A stretch of 64,000 nt of DNA from an uncultured Candidatus Saccharibacteria bacterium (GCA_964522195.1 CAZFSV010000002.1:36743-100742), one strand, 5' to 3'; positions 20,898-32,393 are shown, numbered from the stretch's first letter. Translations and numbers: made by a program. The notes: generated from the sequence alone by a model not told the origin.

Positions 20898-22775
20898 ATG
20901 TCAAAAATAATAGGTATAGATTTAGGTACAACAAATAGTGCAGTCGCTATAATCGAAGGAGGAAATCCAAAGATTGTAGAAAATATTGAAGGAGCTCGAA
21001 CTACTCCATCTATAGTTTCTATTGCAAAAAATGGAGATAGACTAGTAGGACTTTTAGCAAAACGCCAAGCCGTAACAAATCCAGAAAATACAATTTATGG
21101 TATTAAAAGATTTATGGGCCACAATTTTGAAGATCCAGAAGTTCAAAAAGATTTAAAAAATTCTTCTTTTAAAATTCAAAAAGGAACTGATGGTGGAGTA
21201 GAAGTTATGATTGGAGATAAATGGATGCGTCCTGAAGAAGTTTCTGCAATGATTTTAGCTAAAATAAAAGCAGATGTTGAAGCAAAAACAGGAGAGAAAA
21301 TAACTGAAGCCGTGATAACAGTCCCTGCTTATTTTAACGATGCTCAAAGAAAAGCTACAAAAGACGCTGGAGTTATTGCAGGGCTTGATGTAAAAAGAAT
21401 TATCAATGAACCGACAGCCGCAGCTCTTGCTTATGGATTTAATAAAAAGAAAAATGAAAAAATTGTAGTATATGATTTTGGAGGAGGAACTTTCGATGTG
21501 TCAGTTTTGGAAATTGGAGATGATGTTATCGAAGTAAAGTCTACTGATGGAGATTCTCATTTAGGAGGACGTGATATCGATCACAAGATTATTGCTTGGA
21601 TTGCAGAAGAATTTAAAAAGACTTCTGGTGTTGATGTTCGTAATGATAAATTAGCACTACAAAGATTAGATGAAGCTTCTGAAAAAGCAAAAATAGAACT
21701 TTCAACAGCAGTAGAAACAGAAATAAATATTCCTTTTATAACTTCAACAGCTGAAGGCCCTCAACACTTATTACTTAAAATGACTCGCGCTCAATTAGAA
21801 TCTATTGCTGACGAATATATAACTCGTTCTATAGAAATCACTAAAAAGGCTTTAGCTGCTTCAGGATTTTCTATGAATGATATTCACGAAATCATAATGG
21901 TTGGAGGTCAAACTCGTATGCCAAAGATAGTAGAAGAAGTGAAGAAAGTTTTCGGCAAAACTCCAAATTTATCTATTAATCCAGATGAAGTTGTGGCTCT
22001 TGGTGCTGCAGTTCAAGCTGGGGTATTAGCAGGAGATGTGCGTGATGTGTTATTGCTTGATGTTATACCACTTTCTTTAGGAATAGAAACTTTAGGTGGA
22101 GTGGCTACAAAATTAGTAGAGAGAAATACAACAATTCCGGCCTCCAAATCTCAAATTTTCTCAACAGCAGCAGACAATCAAACTTCAGTAGAAATTCATA
22201 TAGTGCAAGGTGAACGACCTATGGCAAGCGACAATAAATCCCTAGGACGATTTATTTTAGATGGAGTTCCACCTGCACCTCGTGGTATTCCTCAAGTTGA
22301 AGTTACTTTTGATGTTGATGCTAATGGAATTCTAAATGTAAAAGCTATGGAAAAAGCTTCAGGTAAAACTCAATCTATTCGTATTGAGGCAAGTTCAGGA
22401 CTTAAAGATGAAGATATTAAGAAAATGCAAGCTGATGCAGAACTTAACGCTGAAGAAGATAAAAAGAAGAAAGAATTAGTTGATGTGAAAAATACCGCAG
22501 AAATGACTATGTACACAGCTGAAAAATCTTTAAAAGAGAATGAAGCGAAATTAGACGAAGCTTTGAAAACAGAATTAAATACAAAAATTACAAATTTGAA
22601 AAATGTAAAAGATGGTTCTGATATGGAAGCTATTAAAAAATCAACTGAAGAATTATCAAATGAAATGTCTAAAATAGGAGAAGCTTTAGCGAAAGCAGGA
22701 GAGACTCCAAATACTGAAACTAAAACTGCTGAAGAGCAACCTGTAGAAGTAGAAAACGAAGAGAAAAAAGAATAA
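20898..22775 (+). CDS. dnaK: Chaperone DnaK
   Basis: [20 protein letters not shown] and [11 protein letters not shown] motifs. Confidence 0.99.
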   Translation: MSKIIGIDLGTTNSAVAIIEGGNPKIVENIEGARTTPSIVSIAKNGDRLVGLLAKRQAVTNPENTIYGIKRFMGHNFEDPEVQKDLKNSSFKIQKGTDGGVEVMIGDKWMRPEEVSAMILAKIKADVEAKTGEKITEAVITVPAYFNDAQRKATKDAGVIAGLDVKRIINEPTAAALAYGFNKKKNEKIVVYDFGGGTFDVSVLEIGDDVIEVKSTDGDSHLGGRDIDHKIIAWIAEEFKKTSGVDVRNDKLALQRLDEASEKAKIELSTAVETEINIPFITSTAEGPQHLLLKMTRAQLESIADEYITRSIEITKKALAASGFSMNDIHEIIMVGGQTRMPKIVEEVKKVFGKTPNLSINPDEVVALGAAVQAGVLAGDVRDVLLLDVIPLSLGIETLGGVATKLVERNTTIPASKSQIFSTAADNQTSVEIHIVQGERPMASDNKSLGRFILDGVPPAPRGIPQVEVTFDVDANGILNVKAMEKASGKTQSIRIEASSGLKDEDIKKMQADAELNAEEDKKKKELVDVKNTAEMTMYTAEKSLKENEAKLDEALKTELNTKITNLKNVKDGSDMEAIKKSTEELSNEMSKIGEALAKAGETPNTETKTAEEQPVEVENEEKKE

Positions 22776-22789
22776 TTTGTAAAATTTTA

Positions 22790-22824
22790 TAAAAGCCCGA
22801 TTTTTGAAAAAAATCGGGCTTTTA
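22790..22824 (+). terminator. Intrinsic terminator after dnaK
   Basis: taaaagcccgattttt...aaaaatcgggctttta. Confidence 0.85.
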
Positions 22825-22854
22825 GTTTTTCTTTTCTATTGCTATAATTAAATT

Positions 22855-25110
22855 ATGCAAATACCTGGATTACCAGAAAATAGAGATTTAACATATATCG
22901 GTTATACAACTTACCGAGGTCAAAACCAACTTTTTGGTATTAAAAGAAAAGACCGAAGGCAACATATGTATATTTTAGGAAAATCTGGAACAGGTAAGTC
23001 TGTGCTTATGTCTAATATGATGATGCAAAATATCATCAATGGTGAAGGAGTTTGTGTTGTGGATCCTCACGGAGAATTAGTCGAAGGAGTACTTCAATCT
23101 ATTCCCCCTCATCGAATGAAAGATGTAGTTTATTTTAATCCAGCTGATACTGATTATCATATTGGTTTTAATGTTTTAGAATTAGTTGATTCAAAATACA
23201 AGCATCTAGTTGCTTCTGGTCTTATGGGAATTTTTACTAAAATTTGGGCCAATGCTTGGTCTGCCCGAATGGAATATATTTTAAATAATACTATTTTAGC
23301 CCTGCTTGATACTCCAGGCACGACTCTACTAGGTATTCAAAGAATGCTTGTCGATAAAGATTATCGTCAGAAGATTATTTCAAATTTAAAAGATCCTGTG
23401 ATTAAGGCTTTTTGGATTCACGAATATGAATCTTGGCAAGATAAATTTAGAAATGAAGCCATAGCACCTATTCAAAACAAAGTAGGTCAATTCCTTTCTA
23501 CTTCAGTTATTCGTAATATTGTAGGTCAATCAAAAAGTACAATAAATATTTTTGATTTAATGAATGAAGGTAAGATTTTCTTGGTTAATGTATCTAAAGG
23601 TAGAATAGGTGAAGACAACTCTAAATTACTCGGAGGTATGATAATTACTAAAATTCAACTTGCTGCTATGGAGCGTGTGCGTATTCCCGAAGAAGAGCGT
23701 AAAGACTTTTATTTATATGTGGACGAATTTCAAAATTTCGTAACAGATTCCTTTGCTTCAATTTTATCTGAAGCTCGTAAATACAGACTTTCTTTAACCG
23801 TGGCTCATCAATATACTGCTCAACTAGTAACAAAAGAGTCTTCTGCTATGCGAGATTCTATTTTTGGTAACGTTGGAACTATGATCGTTTTTCGAGTTGG
23901 TGCTGATGATGCTGATTTCTTAGAGAAAGAATTTGCTCCTGAATTTACTCCTGAAGATATTGTGAATTTGCCTAACTATAAAATTTATTTGAAATTAATG
24001 ATAGACGGTATTACTTCTCGTCCTTTTTCTTCAAAAACAATTCCACCCTTAGTTAAAGGTGGAGATAAAAGCATAGAAGAAGAAGTTATTAAATCTTCTC
24101 GAGAACTTTATTGTCGAACAAAAGAAGACGTCGAAGATGAAATCAATAAATGGAGTGGTATGACACTTGGAGATGATAATTCTAAAGATGGAAATAATAA
24201 AAATAATAATTTTACTGGTGAAAAATTCGAAACAGTTTGCTCTAATTGTGGTAATTTAACTTCTGTACCTTTCAAACCTGAACCTGGTCGGGCTGTTTAT
24301 TGCAAAGATTGTATTATTAAAATTAAAGCAGGAGAAATAAAACCTATTAAAGTTTCTCCTGACCAATTAAAAAAAGACGAAGCTAGATTTTTTAAACCTT
24401 TAGCTGATTTGGGTATAGAATTTGTTTCTACTGAAAATAATATTAAAACTAAAGACACAGAAAGAAAGACAGAAAATAAATCAAATATTGTAGAAAAAAA
24501 AGATTTTTTTAGAAATAAAAAAGATTTTATTTCTAAACCAAAAATTAATAATAATTTTCGAGAAAAACCTAGTGCTTTTACTAAAATAGGTTTAGGTTTA
24601 AAGGAATTACTAGATAAAGCTTTGCATAATGAAACTGATGAAACTGTATCTTTAGAAGAAGTTAAAACCAATAATTTGATTGTACCAAAAGATGAGAAGA
24701 ATATTTCTTTAGAAGATTTAAAATCTAAAAATAATCTAGAAAAAAATAACAACAAAGATAAATCTGCGAATGAAAAAACAATGAGTAGTTTTAAAAGTTT
24801 AATTTTAGAAAAAGAAAAAGAAATAGTAAAAGAAGAAGTCAAAATTTCAACACCAGAAATTAAAATAGAAGAATTTAATAAAGAAGAAAAAGAGGAAGTT
24901 GTTTTAGAGAATAAATCAGAAATAAAAGAACCTATCCACAATACTCCACAGAGCGATGTAGGCGAGGAAAGTCATTTTGATAAATATTATAAAGCTGATT
25001 TTGAGAATTCTAAAAAAGAAAATAAATCTGGTACAGAGCCAAATTTTTCAAAAGAAAATATTCCCGAAGTTCCCGAAGAAGTCCTTAAAAAAATTTTAGA
25101 TCAAAAATAA
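22855..25110 (+). CDS. VirD4/TraD-like coupling ATPase fused to a CxxC-x17-CxxC zinc ribbon and a charged low-complexity tail
   Basis: GKSGTGKS, VDPHG, YVDEFQNF and EARKY motifs; VCSNCG...PFKP..GRAVYCKDC. Confidence 0.85.
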   Translation: MQIPGLPENRDLTYIGYTTYRGQNQLFGIKRKDRRQHMYILGKSGTGKSVLMSNMMMQNIINGEGVCVVDPHGELVEGVLQSIPPHRMKDVVYFNPADTDYHIGFNVLELVDSKYKHLVASGLMGIFTKIWANAWSARMEYILNNTILALLDTPGTTLLGIQRMLVDKDYRQKIISNLKDPVIKAFWIHEYESWQDKFRNEAIAPIQNKVGQFLSTSVIRNIVGQSKSTINIFDLMNEGKIFLVNVSKGRIGEDNSKLLGGMIITKIQLAAMERVRIPEEERKDFYLYVDEFQNFVTDSFASILSEARKYRLSLTVAHQYTAQLVTKESSAMRDSIFGNVGTMIVFRVGADDADFLEKEFAPEFTPEDIVNLPNYKIYLKLMIDGITSRPFSSKTIPPLVKGGDKSIEEEVIKSSRELYCRTKEDVEDEINKWSGMTLGDDNSKDGNNKNNNFTGEKFETVCSNCGNLTSVPFKPEPGRAVYCKDCIIKIKAGEIKPIKVSPDQLKKDEARFFKPLADLGIEFVSTENNIKTKDTERKTENKSNIVEKKDFFRNKKDFISKPKINNNFREKPSAFTKIGLGLKELLDKALHNETDETVSLEEVKTNNLIVPKDEKNISLEDLKSKNNLEKNNNKDKSANEKTMSSFKSLILEKEKEIVKEEVKISTPEIKIEEFNKEEKEEVVLENKSEIKEPIHNTPQSDVGEESHFDKYYKADFENSKKENKSGTEPNFSKENIPEVPEEVLKKILDQK

Positions 25111-25188
25111 AAAGAGGATCATATGATAATTTTTTTGTTTTGTCAAAGTATTTAAATATCTTGTTTTTTGTGTTAAAATATAAAATAT

Positions 25189-25728
25189 ATGTCATACAAT
25201 TTTTCAAATTTTAAATTAGAAGTTAAGAAAGCAGAGGATTTTTTAAGTAAGGTTTATCGTGAACTTAACATCGGACGGGCTTCTCCTATGGTACTAGATA
25301 GTATTTCTATTGAAGCTTATGGAGATTATCAACCTTTAAAGAATGTCGCTTCTGTTAATGTGGAAGACCCAAAAACTCTGCGTATCGCACCTTGGGACAA
25401 AACTCATATTAAAGCCATAGAAAAGGCTATTATGACTGCTGATTTAGGACTTTCAACAGCAGTAGATGATTCTGGAATGCGGGTTATTTTTCCTCAATTA
25501 ACTACAGAAAATAGACAAAAGTTGGTAAAAGTTTTGAAAGAAAAATTAGAAGACGCTCGTATTACCGTAAGACAAGTTCGCCAAGATGCTATGGATGATA
25601 TAACAGGAAGTGAAATGACTGAGGACGAAATAAAAAGAGCAAAAGATGAATTGCAAAAAATTGTAGATGAAGTAAATGCTAATCTAGAGAAAATCTTTAA
25701 AAATAAAGAAAATGAAGTAATGAATTAA
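25189..25728 (+). CDS. frr: Ribosome recycling factor
   Basis: GRASP, IAPWD and PQLTTENR motifs. Confidence 0.95.
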   Translation: MSYNFSNFKLEVKKAEDFLSKVYRELNIGRASPMVLDSISIEAYGDYQPLKNVASVNVEDPKTLRIAPWDKTHIKAIEKAIMTADLGLSTAVDDSGMRVIFPQLTTENRQKLVKVLKEKLEDARITVRQVRQDAMDDITGSEMTEDEIKRAKDELQKIVDEVNANLEKIFKNKENEVMN

Positions 25729-25731
25729 TTT

Positions 25732-26847
25732 ATGTCTATATTAATATTTTTTATAATTCTTTTTGTAGTTGTTTTAGTTCACGAAGCCGGACACTTTTTT
25801 GTAGCTAAATTTTTTAAAATTCGTGTAGATGAATTTGGAGTAGGTTTTCCTCCAAAAGCTATGACACTTTTTAAAAAAGATGAGACTGAATATACTTTAA
25901 ATTGGTTACCTATTGGAGGATTTGTTAAAATTTTTGGAGAGAATCCTGATGACGAAAGTGTGAATGGTCCTGACAAAGAAAGAAGTTTCGTGAATAAACC
26001 TCGGTGGCAACAAGCCTTAGTTTTATTTGCTGGAGTCTTTATGAATTTTATTTTAGCTTGGGTTTTGTTTTCTGTTGGATTTGCATCTGGTCTTCCGACT
26101 TCTGTAGGGAGTGAACCTTCTGGTTATACTTTAGAAAATACCAACTTAGTAATAGTAGGAACACTACCTAATTCTCCAGCAGAATTATCTGGTATTAAAA
26201 CAGGGGATAAAATAATCGGAGTAAATACTATTGATGATAAAAAAAATACTCTAATTTTAGAAAATATTAATCCAGAATCTTTTAGAGATTTTATTGGGGA
26301 ATCAAAAAATAAAGAAATAGTTTTAAATTACACCAGAGGTTTAGATAAAACTATTTATGAAGCTCGTATGGAGCCTAATATAAATGAAGAAGGTAGAGCT
26401 GTTATTGGGGTAGCTATGGACCAAATTGGAACTTTAAAATTACCTATTCACTTAGCTCTAGTGGAAGGTTTTAGTATGACTGTATATCAAACAAAGACTA
26501 CCGCAGTAGGATTATTTACTTTAATCAAAAATGCAGTAATAGGGCAAGGGGATTTGTCTAGTGTGTCAGGACCAGTTGGTTTAACTAAAATAGTAGGCGA
26601 AGCTTCAAAATTTGGTTTCATTTATTTGCTTTCTTTGACTGCTTTGATATCTGTGAATTTAGCTATTATAAATTTAGTACCTTTTCCGGCTCTCGATGGA
26701 GGAAGATTACTTTTCTTATTAATAGAAAAAATAAAAGGTTCTCGCCTGAATCAGAACTTCGCAAATACGGCTAATATGGTAGGATTCTTTTTATTAATAT
26801 TATTTATGCTAATTGTGACTTATAACGATATAGTAAAATTATTCTAA
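25732..26847 (+). CDS. rseP: RseP-type M50 intramembrane protease with PDZ domain
   Basis: HEAGH, LPIGGFV and NLVPFPALDGG motifs. Confidence 0.95.
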   Translation: MSILIFFIILFVVVLVHEAGHFFVAKFFKIRVDEFGVGFPPKAMTLFKKDETEYTLNWLPIGGFVKIFGENPDDESVNGPDKERSFVNKPRWQQALVLFAGVFMNFILAWVLFSVGFASGLPTSVGSEPSGYTLENTNLVIVGTLPNSPAELSGIKTGDKIIGVNTIDDKKNTLILENINPESFRDFIGESKNKEIVLNYTRGLDKTIYEARMEPNINEEGRAVIGVAMDQIGTLKLPIHLALVEGFSMTVYQTKTTAVGLFTLIKNAVIGQGDLSSVSGPVGLTKIVGEASKFGFIYLLSLTALISVNLAIINLVPFPALDGGRLLFLLIEKIKGSRLNQNFANTANMVGFFLLILFMLIVTYNDIVKLF

Positions 26848-26880
26848 ATTTAAAAACCACCATATGGTGGTTTTTAAATT
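26847..26880. terminator. Bidirectional terminator (loopless perfect palindrome)
   Basis: aatttaaaaaccaccat|atggtggtttttaaatt between convergent genes. Confidence 0.8.
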
Positions 26881-28232
26881 TTATTTATTTTATACCCTTC
26901 TTCATTATCTTTGATTTCGTAGCCTAGAGAATTTATTTTCTCTCTAAGTTCGTCTGATTTAGTGTAGTCTTTGTTTTCTTTAGCTTTTTTTCTTTCTTCT
27001 GCGAGTTTTTTTATTTCTTCAGGAATTTCTTCGTGTTCTATTTTTAAATTTTCAAAATCTAATCCTAAAACTTTATCAAAATCTAAAATTGTGGCTTTCT
27101 TGTCTTTGTTAGAAATATTTGAATCTTTCACTAAATCCCAAAGTAGGGAAAGAGCCCGAGGAGTATCTAAGTCGTCACTAATCCTTTCTTTGAATTTATT
27201 TTGATAATTTTTATTTATTTCTCCAAGTTCTTCTCCGAGACTCAAATAAAGGTTATAAAGTCTATTTAAGGCTATTTCTGAGGCTTCTAGAGCTTCAAAA
27301 GTAAAGTTTACTCTAGTATGATAGCTTGCCATAAGTAACCAAAAACGGTAAATCATAGGGTCAATATTTCTTTCTATTAAATCTCTTAAAGTATAAAAAT
27401 TATTTTCACTTTTTGACATTTTTTTATGATCAACTAAAACCCACTCATTATGCAAAAAGAAATTTGAAAATTTTTTACCTGTATAGCATTCTGATTGAGC
27501 AATCTCGTTTTCATGGTGAGGAAAAATATTATCAACTCCTCCTGTATGAATATCGATACTTTCTCCTAAGTTTGCAATTGCCATAGCCGAGCATTCTATG
27601 TGCCAACCAGGCCGCCCTTTTCCTAAACTTGTTTCCCAAAAAACTTCACCATCATTTTCATCATAGGCTTTCCAAAGAGCAAAGTCCTGAGCGTTTTCTT
27701 TATCGTATTCATCAGTTTTAATTCTTCCGCTAGCATTTTCTTTTTGATTGTTTAAATCAAGATTAGATAATTTGCCATAATCAGAGAATTTTTTAATATC
27801 AAAATAAATAGAGCCGTCATTGCTTTGATAAGCAAAACTTTTTTTAATTAAATCTTCTGTGATTTCTATCATCTTGTCTATATAATTTGTAGCTTTGGTG
27901 AATGTAGTAGGTGGAAGTATATTTAATTTTGTTAGATCTTTTATAAATTCTAAAGTATAGAATTCAGTAAATTCTTTTAGGCTTTTACCTGATTTTTGAG
28001 AATCTCGAATGGTTTTATCGTCTATGTCAGTGATATTCATGATGTGTTTAACTTCATATCCTAGATATCCTAGAGTTCTTTTTAAAATATCAGCAAAAAT
28101 ATAAGAGCGATAATTTCCAATATGAGGATAATTATAAACAGTTGGACCACAAGAATAAAAACGCACTTTATTTGGTTCTATGCTTTGGAATACTTCTTTT
28201 TGTTTTGTTAGAGTATTGTAAAACTTAATCAT
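26874..28232 (-). CDS. cysS: Cysteine--tRNA ligase
   Basis: CGPTVY, HIGN, GRPGWHIECSAM and KMSKS motifs. Confidence 0.98.
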   Translation of the reverse strand: MIKFYNTLTKQKEVFQSIEPNKVRFYSCGPTVYNYPHIGNYRSYIFADILKRTLGYLGYEVKHIMNITDIDDKTIRDSQKSGKSLKEFTEFYTLEFIKDLTKLNILPPTTFTKATNYIDKMIEITEDLIKKSFAYQSNDGSIYFDIKKFSDYGKLSNLDLNNQKENASGRIKTDEYDKENAQDFALWKAYDENDGEVFWETSLGKGRPGWHIECSAMAIANLGESIDIHTGGVDNIFPHHENEIAQSECYTGKKFSNFFLHNEWVLVDHKKMSKSENNFYTLRDLIERNIDPMIYRFWLLMASYHTRVNFTFEALEASEIALNRLYNLYLSLGEELGEINKNYQNKFKERISDDLDTPRALSLLWDLVKDSNISNKDKKATILDFDKVLGLDFENLKIEHEEIPEEIKKLAEERKKAKENKDYTKSDELREKINSLGYEIKDNEEGYKINKI

Positions 28233-29255
28233 TTAATTATCTTCTTTTGGTCTGAATTCTTCGTTATAAATTGATATTAAAGCATAAAGTAGGCTTACTG
28301 CTAAAGGACCTATTAAAAATCCAATTGGACCCATCAAAACTAAACCTCCTAAAATAGAGAATAATACTAATATTTGAGGAATTTGAATTTTTGAAGAAAT
28401 TACTATTGGATTTAACAAATTATCAACCCATCCTACAATCATAAAAGCCCAAATAGACATACCTATGCCTCCAAAAGTATTACCAGTTGCAAACAAAAAT
28501 ATAACAGCTGGTAAAGAAACTAAAGCCGTACCTAAAGTAGGTATAAGAGAACCTATGCCAGCAATAACACCCCAAAGAGCAGAGTTAGGGACCCCAAAGA
28601 AATGAAGACCGAACCCCATAAGTATTCCTTGAATAATAGCTATTAATAAATATCCTTTAATGATTCCGTTGATAGACATAGATAATTTATCTATGATTTT
28701 ATTATCGTCTTCATCACGAAGTGGACTTAAGGAAATTAAAGCTTGCCTCCATCCTTTTCCATCTTTTAAGAAAAAGAATAAAGAAACTGTAATTAAGAAA
28801 AATGAGAATAAAGTAGTAATAGTTGACGTAAAAATACCTGCTATGTTTGAAGAGGTAAAAGATATAAGTTCACCTAATCTGTCTTCTATGTTTATGTCAA
28901 TTTCATTTGGAAAATATCTCTGAATTGTATTTTCTATGTTGTAAAAATAAGAACCAATACCTCCATTTTGATTTATAGATTGATAAACATCTTGGCTTTG
29001 ATTAAATACTAAAATTCCTATACCAAATAAAGGCCCACAAATTATTAAAATAAAAAATAAAACTGTAAGTAGAGACGAACTCCAGTTTGCAAATTTTTTC
29101 TTCAATAAAAAATTGTAAATAGGATATAAGACTACAGCAAAAGAGGCACTAATAACAATAAGAGGTAAAAACGGTTTAAAAATTAAAAAAGTAAAAATAA
29201 AGGTTGCTAATAATAAACCAAAGAAAAAGTTTCTTTCTATAATTTTTGTTTGCAT
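28233..29255 (-). CDS. AI-2E family transporter
   Basis: Multi-TM protein with DNLLNP and GPIGFLIGP motifs. Confidence 0.88.
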   Translation of the reverse strand: MQTKIIERNFFFGLLLATFIFTFLIFKPFLPLIVISASFAVVLYPIYNFLLKKKFANWSSSLLTVLFFILIICGPLFGIGILVFNQSQDVYQSINQNGGIGSYFYNIENTIQRYFPNEIDINIEDRLGELISFTSSNIAGIFTSTITTLFSFFLITVSLFFFLKDGKGWRQALISLSPLRDEDDNKIIDKLSMSINGIIKGYLLIAIIQGILMGFGLHFFGVPNSALWGVIAGIGSLIPTLGTALVSLPAVIFLFATGNTFGGIGMSIWAFMIVGWVDNLLNPIVISSKIQIPQILVLFSILGGLVLMGPIGFLIGPLAVSLLYALISIYNEEFRPKEDN

Positions 29256-29344
29256 AATATAGATTATATCATTTATTTGTTAGTTTTTGCAAAAAAAGTC
29301 AATATAGTTGCATTTTTTAATAATATAGTGTAATATAGACTGAT

Positions 29345-29662
29345 ATGGAATTTGCAGTAATAAAAACAGGTGGAAAACAATACAAGGTTGCAAAAGACCA
29401 AGTTGTTTCTATTGAAAAAATTAAAGGAGAATTAAAAAAGGGGGATAAAGTATCTTTTGATAAAGTACTTTTAGTTGATGATGGTAAAAATACCACTATC
29501 GGAACTCCTTATATTACTGGAGCTACTGTTGAAGGAGAAATAACTATGGTAGGTAGAGCTCGTAAGGTTTTAGTTGTAAAATACAAGCAAAAATCAAGAT
29601 ACTTGAAAAGAAACGGCCACAGACAACCATTCTTTAAAGTAAAAATTACATCTATTAAATAA
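29345..29662 (+). CDS. rplU: 50S ribosomal protein L21
   Basis: AVIKTGGKQYKV...GHRQ. Confidence 0.98.
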   Translation: MEFAVIKTGGKQYKVAKDQVVSIEKIKGELKKGDKVSFDKVLLVDDGKNTTIGTPYITGATVEGEITMVGRARKVLVVKYKQKSRYLKRNGHRQPFFKVKITSIK

Positions 29663-29770
29663 AATAAATAAAAAATAACCTTGTAAGAGGTTATTTTTAT
29701 TTTGACATTTATTTTAAATAATATATTCTAATTGAGAATACAAATTTTTGAACTTTTAAAATTATATGTA

Positions 29771-30232
29771 ATGAGAAAATTAAATAAATTATTTCCTAGT
29801 GCTTTATTTAAAAATTTAGAACGTAAATATTTTTATTTCATATTTATATTTTGCGTTGTTTATTTTATCCTATTGTGTTTGCTAAAGAAAAATGATCTTT
29901 CTTTAGGAATTACTATACTTTGGTTTTTATTTTTTGTTTTTACTTTTTACTTAGGACTATTTTTAGGTAAAAAAAGTTTAGAAAAGAGTGAAATGTTAAA
30001 AGAAATAAATAAACAAAAAACTATAATTCAAGAAAAATTATACATTTTAAAAAATCAATCATTGAGTCAAAAAGAAAGAGAAGAAGCTTTTTGGTTTATT
30101 GTTGAAAATGAATATGTAGATAAAAAATCTTTATATCTTATTTTAGAAAATTTAGAAGGTCTAAGATTAGAATTAAAAGATGAAGTTTTAAACGTTTTAT
30201 TTAAACTAAAAGAAAAAGCCCGAGACACATAG
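29771..30232 (+). CDS. Hypothetical two-TM membrane protein
   Basis: ORF with two hydrophobic helices; TTGACA upstream at 29702. Confidence 0.6.
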   Translation: MRKLNKLFPSALFKNLERKYFYFIFIFCVVYFILLCLLKKNDLSLGITILWFLFFVFTFYLGLFLGKKSLEKSEMLKEINKQKTIIQEKLYILKNQSLSQKEREEAFWFIVENEYVDKKSLYLILENLEGLRLELKDEVLNVLFKLKEKARDT

Positions 30233-30246
30233 TGTTAAGGGTTTTT

Positions 30247-30864
30247 TTATTTCCTATTTTTTAATGCATTTTTTAGGGTTTCGTTGTCTGAGTATTCTAG
30301 CTCGGTGCCTGTGGAGAGTCCACGACCTAAAGATGAGATAATTATATTTTTCTTTTCACAAATTTCTTTTATCTCATTTCTTAAATAAAAATCAGTATGA
30401 TCTCCAGCAGGGGATATTGAAAAAGCTAAAATTATTTCTTTTAAATTATTTTCTTTATTTATTTTTTCTTTTAATTCTTTGATTCTGACAAAGTTTAAAG
30501 TTTTAGTATCTGCAATAGGTATAAGTCCTCCTAAAACAAAATATTTTCCATTATAAGTTCTACTTTTTAGAATACTTTCTAAATCAGAATCTTTTTCTAC
30601 TATCACAAGCAAAGTATTATCAATATTTAAATTAGAACAAATATTACATAAATTATTTTTTATATTAGAATCTGTTTTTAAAAAAAATCTAAAGCAATCG
30701 TTACATTTAGTAATATCTTTTTTTAATTCTAAAATTGTTTTAGCCAAATTTTCACTATATGCTCCGTTGCGAGCCATAAGAAAATATACAAAACGCCGAG
30801 CTTGTCTTTCTCCAATGCCAGGGAATTCTTTGAATATTTCAGTTAATTTTTCTATATTATCCAT
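30247..30864 (-). CDS. recR: Recombination mediator RecR
   Basis: FPGIGERQARR, C4 zinc finger and LGRGLSTGTELEYSD. Confidence 0.95.
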   Translation of the reverse strand: MDNIEKLTEIFKEFPGIGERQARRFVYFLMARNGAYSENLAKTILELKKDITKCNDCFRFFLKTDSNIKNNLCNICSNLNIDNTLLVIVEKDSDLESILKSRTYNGKYFVLGGLIPIADTKTLNFVRIKELKEKINKENNLKEIILAFSISPAGDHTDFYLRNEIKEICEKKNIIISSLGRGLSTGTELEYSDNETLKNALKNRK

Positions 30865-30937
30865 TTACTCTGAACTTATTATACAATAATGATTTGAAAA
30901 TCTACTACAGGATCCATCCGGTTAAATATTTTTAATT

Positions 30938-32341
30938 TTAAAAATCGTCTAAGCCGCCCTCAACTTTAGCTGGAGCAAAGTCAGAAAGATTGCTTTTTTC
31001 TAAGTTTAGGAAGCTGGTAGTTTTACCGTCAAAGTAAAGTTCAACTTTACCAGTCGGACCATTTCTATGTTTTTCTATTAAAATTTCAGCGATATTATTT
31101 CTCTCAGATTCATCTTTACCTTTATCTTCACGGTGGATAAACATAACAACATCGGCGTCTTGCTCTATGGATCCTGAATCACGCAGATCTGACAAGCGTG
31201 GTTTACCTCCACGTGCTTCAACAGCACGAGAAAGTTGAGAAAGTGCTAATACAGGCACGTCAAGTTCTTTAGCCAAGCTTTTTAAGGATCGTGAAATTTC
31301 TGTCACTTGATTAACCATAGAATCGTGATTTTTACTTGTAGTCATAAGTTGCAAGTAATCTACTACTATAAAATCAAGACCTTTTTCAGCTTTTATTCTA
31401 CGAGAAGTTGCCTTCATACGAGCAATAGAGTTTCCAGGTTGATCGTCTATGAAAATTTTTGCTTTAGATAATTTATCTAAAGAATCACGCAGTCGAGAGA
31501 AATCATTGTCTCCGTTTATTCTACCTGTACGCAAATTCCAAGCATTAACTTTAGATTCTGCTGATAGCATTCTGTCTACTAATTGCTGAGAGGACATTTC
31601 AAGAGAGAAAATTAAAACAGATTTATCATAATTTGTAGCACTCATACGAGCCATGTCTAAGGCTAGAGTAGTTTTACCAACGGAAGGACGGGCAGCTAAA
31701 ATAATTAAATCAGAAGGTTGAAGTCCAGATAGCATTTCATCCAAATCACGAATTCCTGTAGGTACTCCGCGAAGCATGCCTTTATTTTCGTGTAATTTTT
31801 CAAGTCTTTCATAAGCTTCAGGTAAAGCATCTTTCATGCTTACATATTTTTGATTTTTAGGTTGAGAAATAACTGAGAAAATTTTCTTTTCAGCTAAATC
31901 TAAAATATCATCCATATGGTTTTCTCCATCTTGCATAGCGATCTCAGAAACGAAATCCGCAGCTTCTATTAAAGCTCGCAAAATATATTTTTTTTGAACT
32001 ATTTGTGCGTAATGCTTTACATTAGTTGAAGCAGGAACAGAATTTACTAATTCGGTTAAATATTGATTTCCTCCGATAGAATCTAAAATTCCTCTTTCAT
32101 TTAATTTTGTAGATAAAGATAAAATATCAATAGGTTCGTGTTTGCTGTTAAGTTCAAGCATCGCGTCAAAAATCTTTTTATGTTTTTCTGCATAAAACGA
32201 ATCAGGGATTATAAGATCTTCAATTTCACTTAAACTATCCTTGCGAAGCAGTATAGAACCTAAAACAGCTTTTTCTCCGTCCAAATGTTGAGGAGGAATT
32301 CTAACACTATTCCAATTTCTATTTTGTTTCTCTTTAGACAT
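30938..32341 (-). CDS. dnaB: Replicative DNA helicase (no intein)
   Basis: AARPSVGKT, DYLQLM and DLRDSGSIEQDAD motifs. Confidence 0.98.
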   Translation of the reverse strand: MSKEKQNRNWNSVRIPPQHLDGEKAVLGSILLRKDSLSEIEDLIIPDSFYAEKHKKIFDAMLELNSKHEPIDILSLSTKLNERGILDSIGGNQYLTELVNSVPASTNVKHYAQIVQKKYILRALIEAADFVSEIAMQDGENHMDDILDLAEKKIFSVISQPKNQKYVSMKDALPEAYERLEKLHENKGMLRGVPTGIRDLDEMLSGLQPSDLIILAARPSVGKTTLALDMARMSATNYDKSVLIFSLEMSSQQLVDRMLSAESKVNAWNLRTGRINGDNDFSRLRDSLDKLSKAKIFIDDQPGNSIARMKATSRRIKAEKGLDFIVVDYLQLMTTSKNHDSMVNQVTEISRSLKSLAKELDVPVLALSQLSRAVEARGGKPRLSDLRDSGSIEQDADVVMFIHREDKGKDESERNNIAEILIEKHRNGPTGKVELYFDGKTTSFLNLEKSNLSDFAPAKVEGGLDDF

Positions 32342-32393
32342 AGATATATTTTAACAAGTATAAAAAAGAAATAAACTAGTAAATTCTTGATTT

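Noticed and set aside
24297-24941. 214-aa antisense ORF and other short antisense ORFs in the track
   Set aside because: These are shadows of K/E/N-rich or conserved sense genes, with Phe/Ser/Leu-biased composition and no recognisable motifs.
30938-32341. Intein in DnaB
   Set aside because: Normal length (467 aa) with contiguous helicase motifs.
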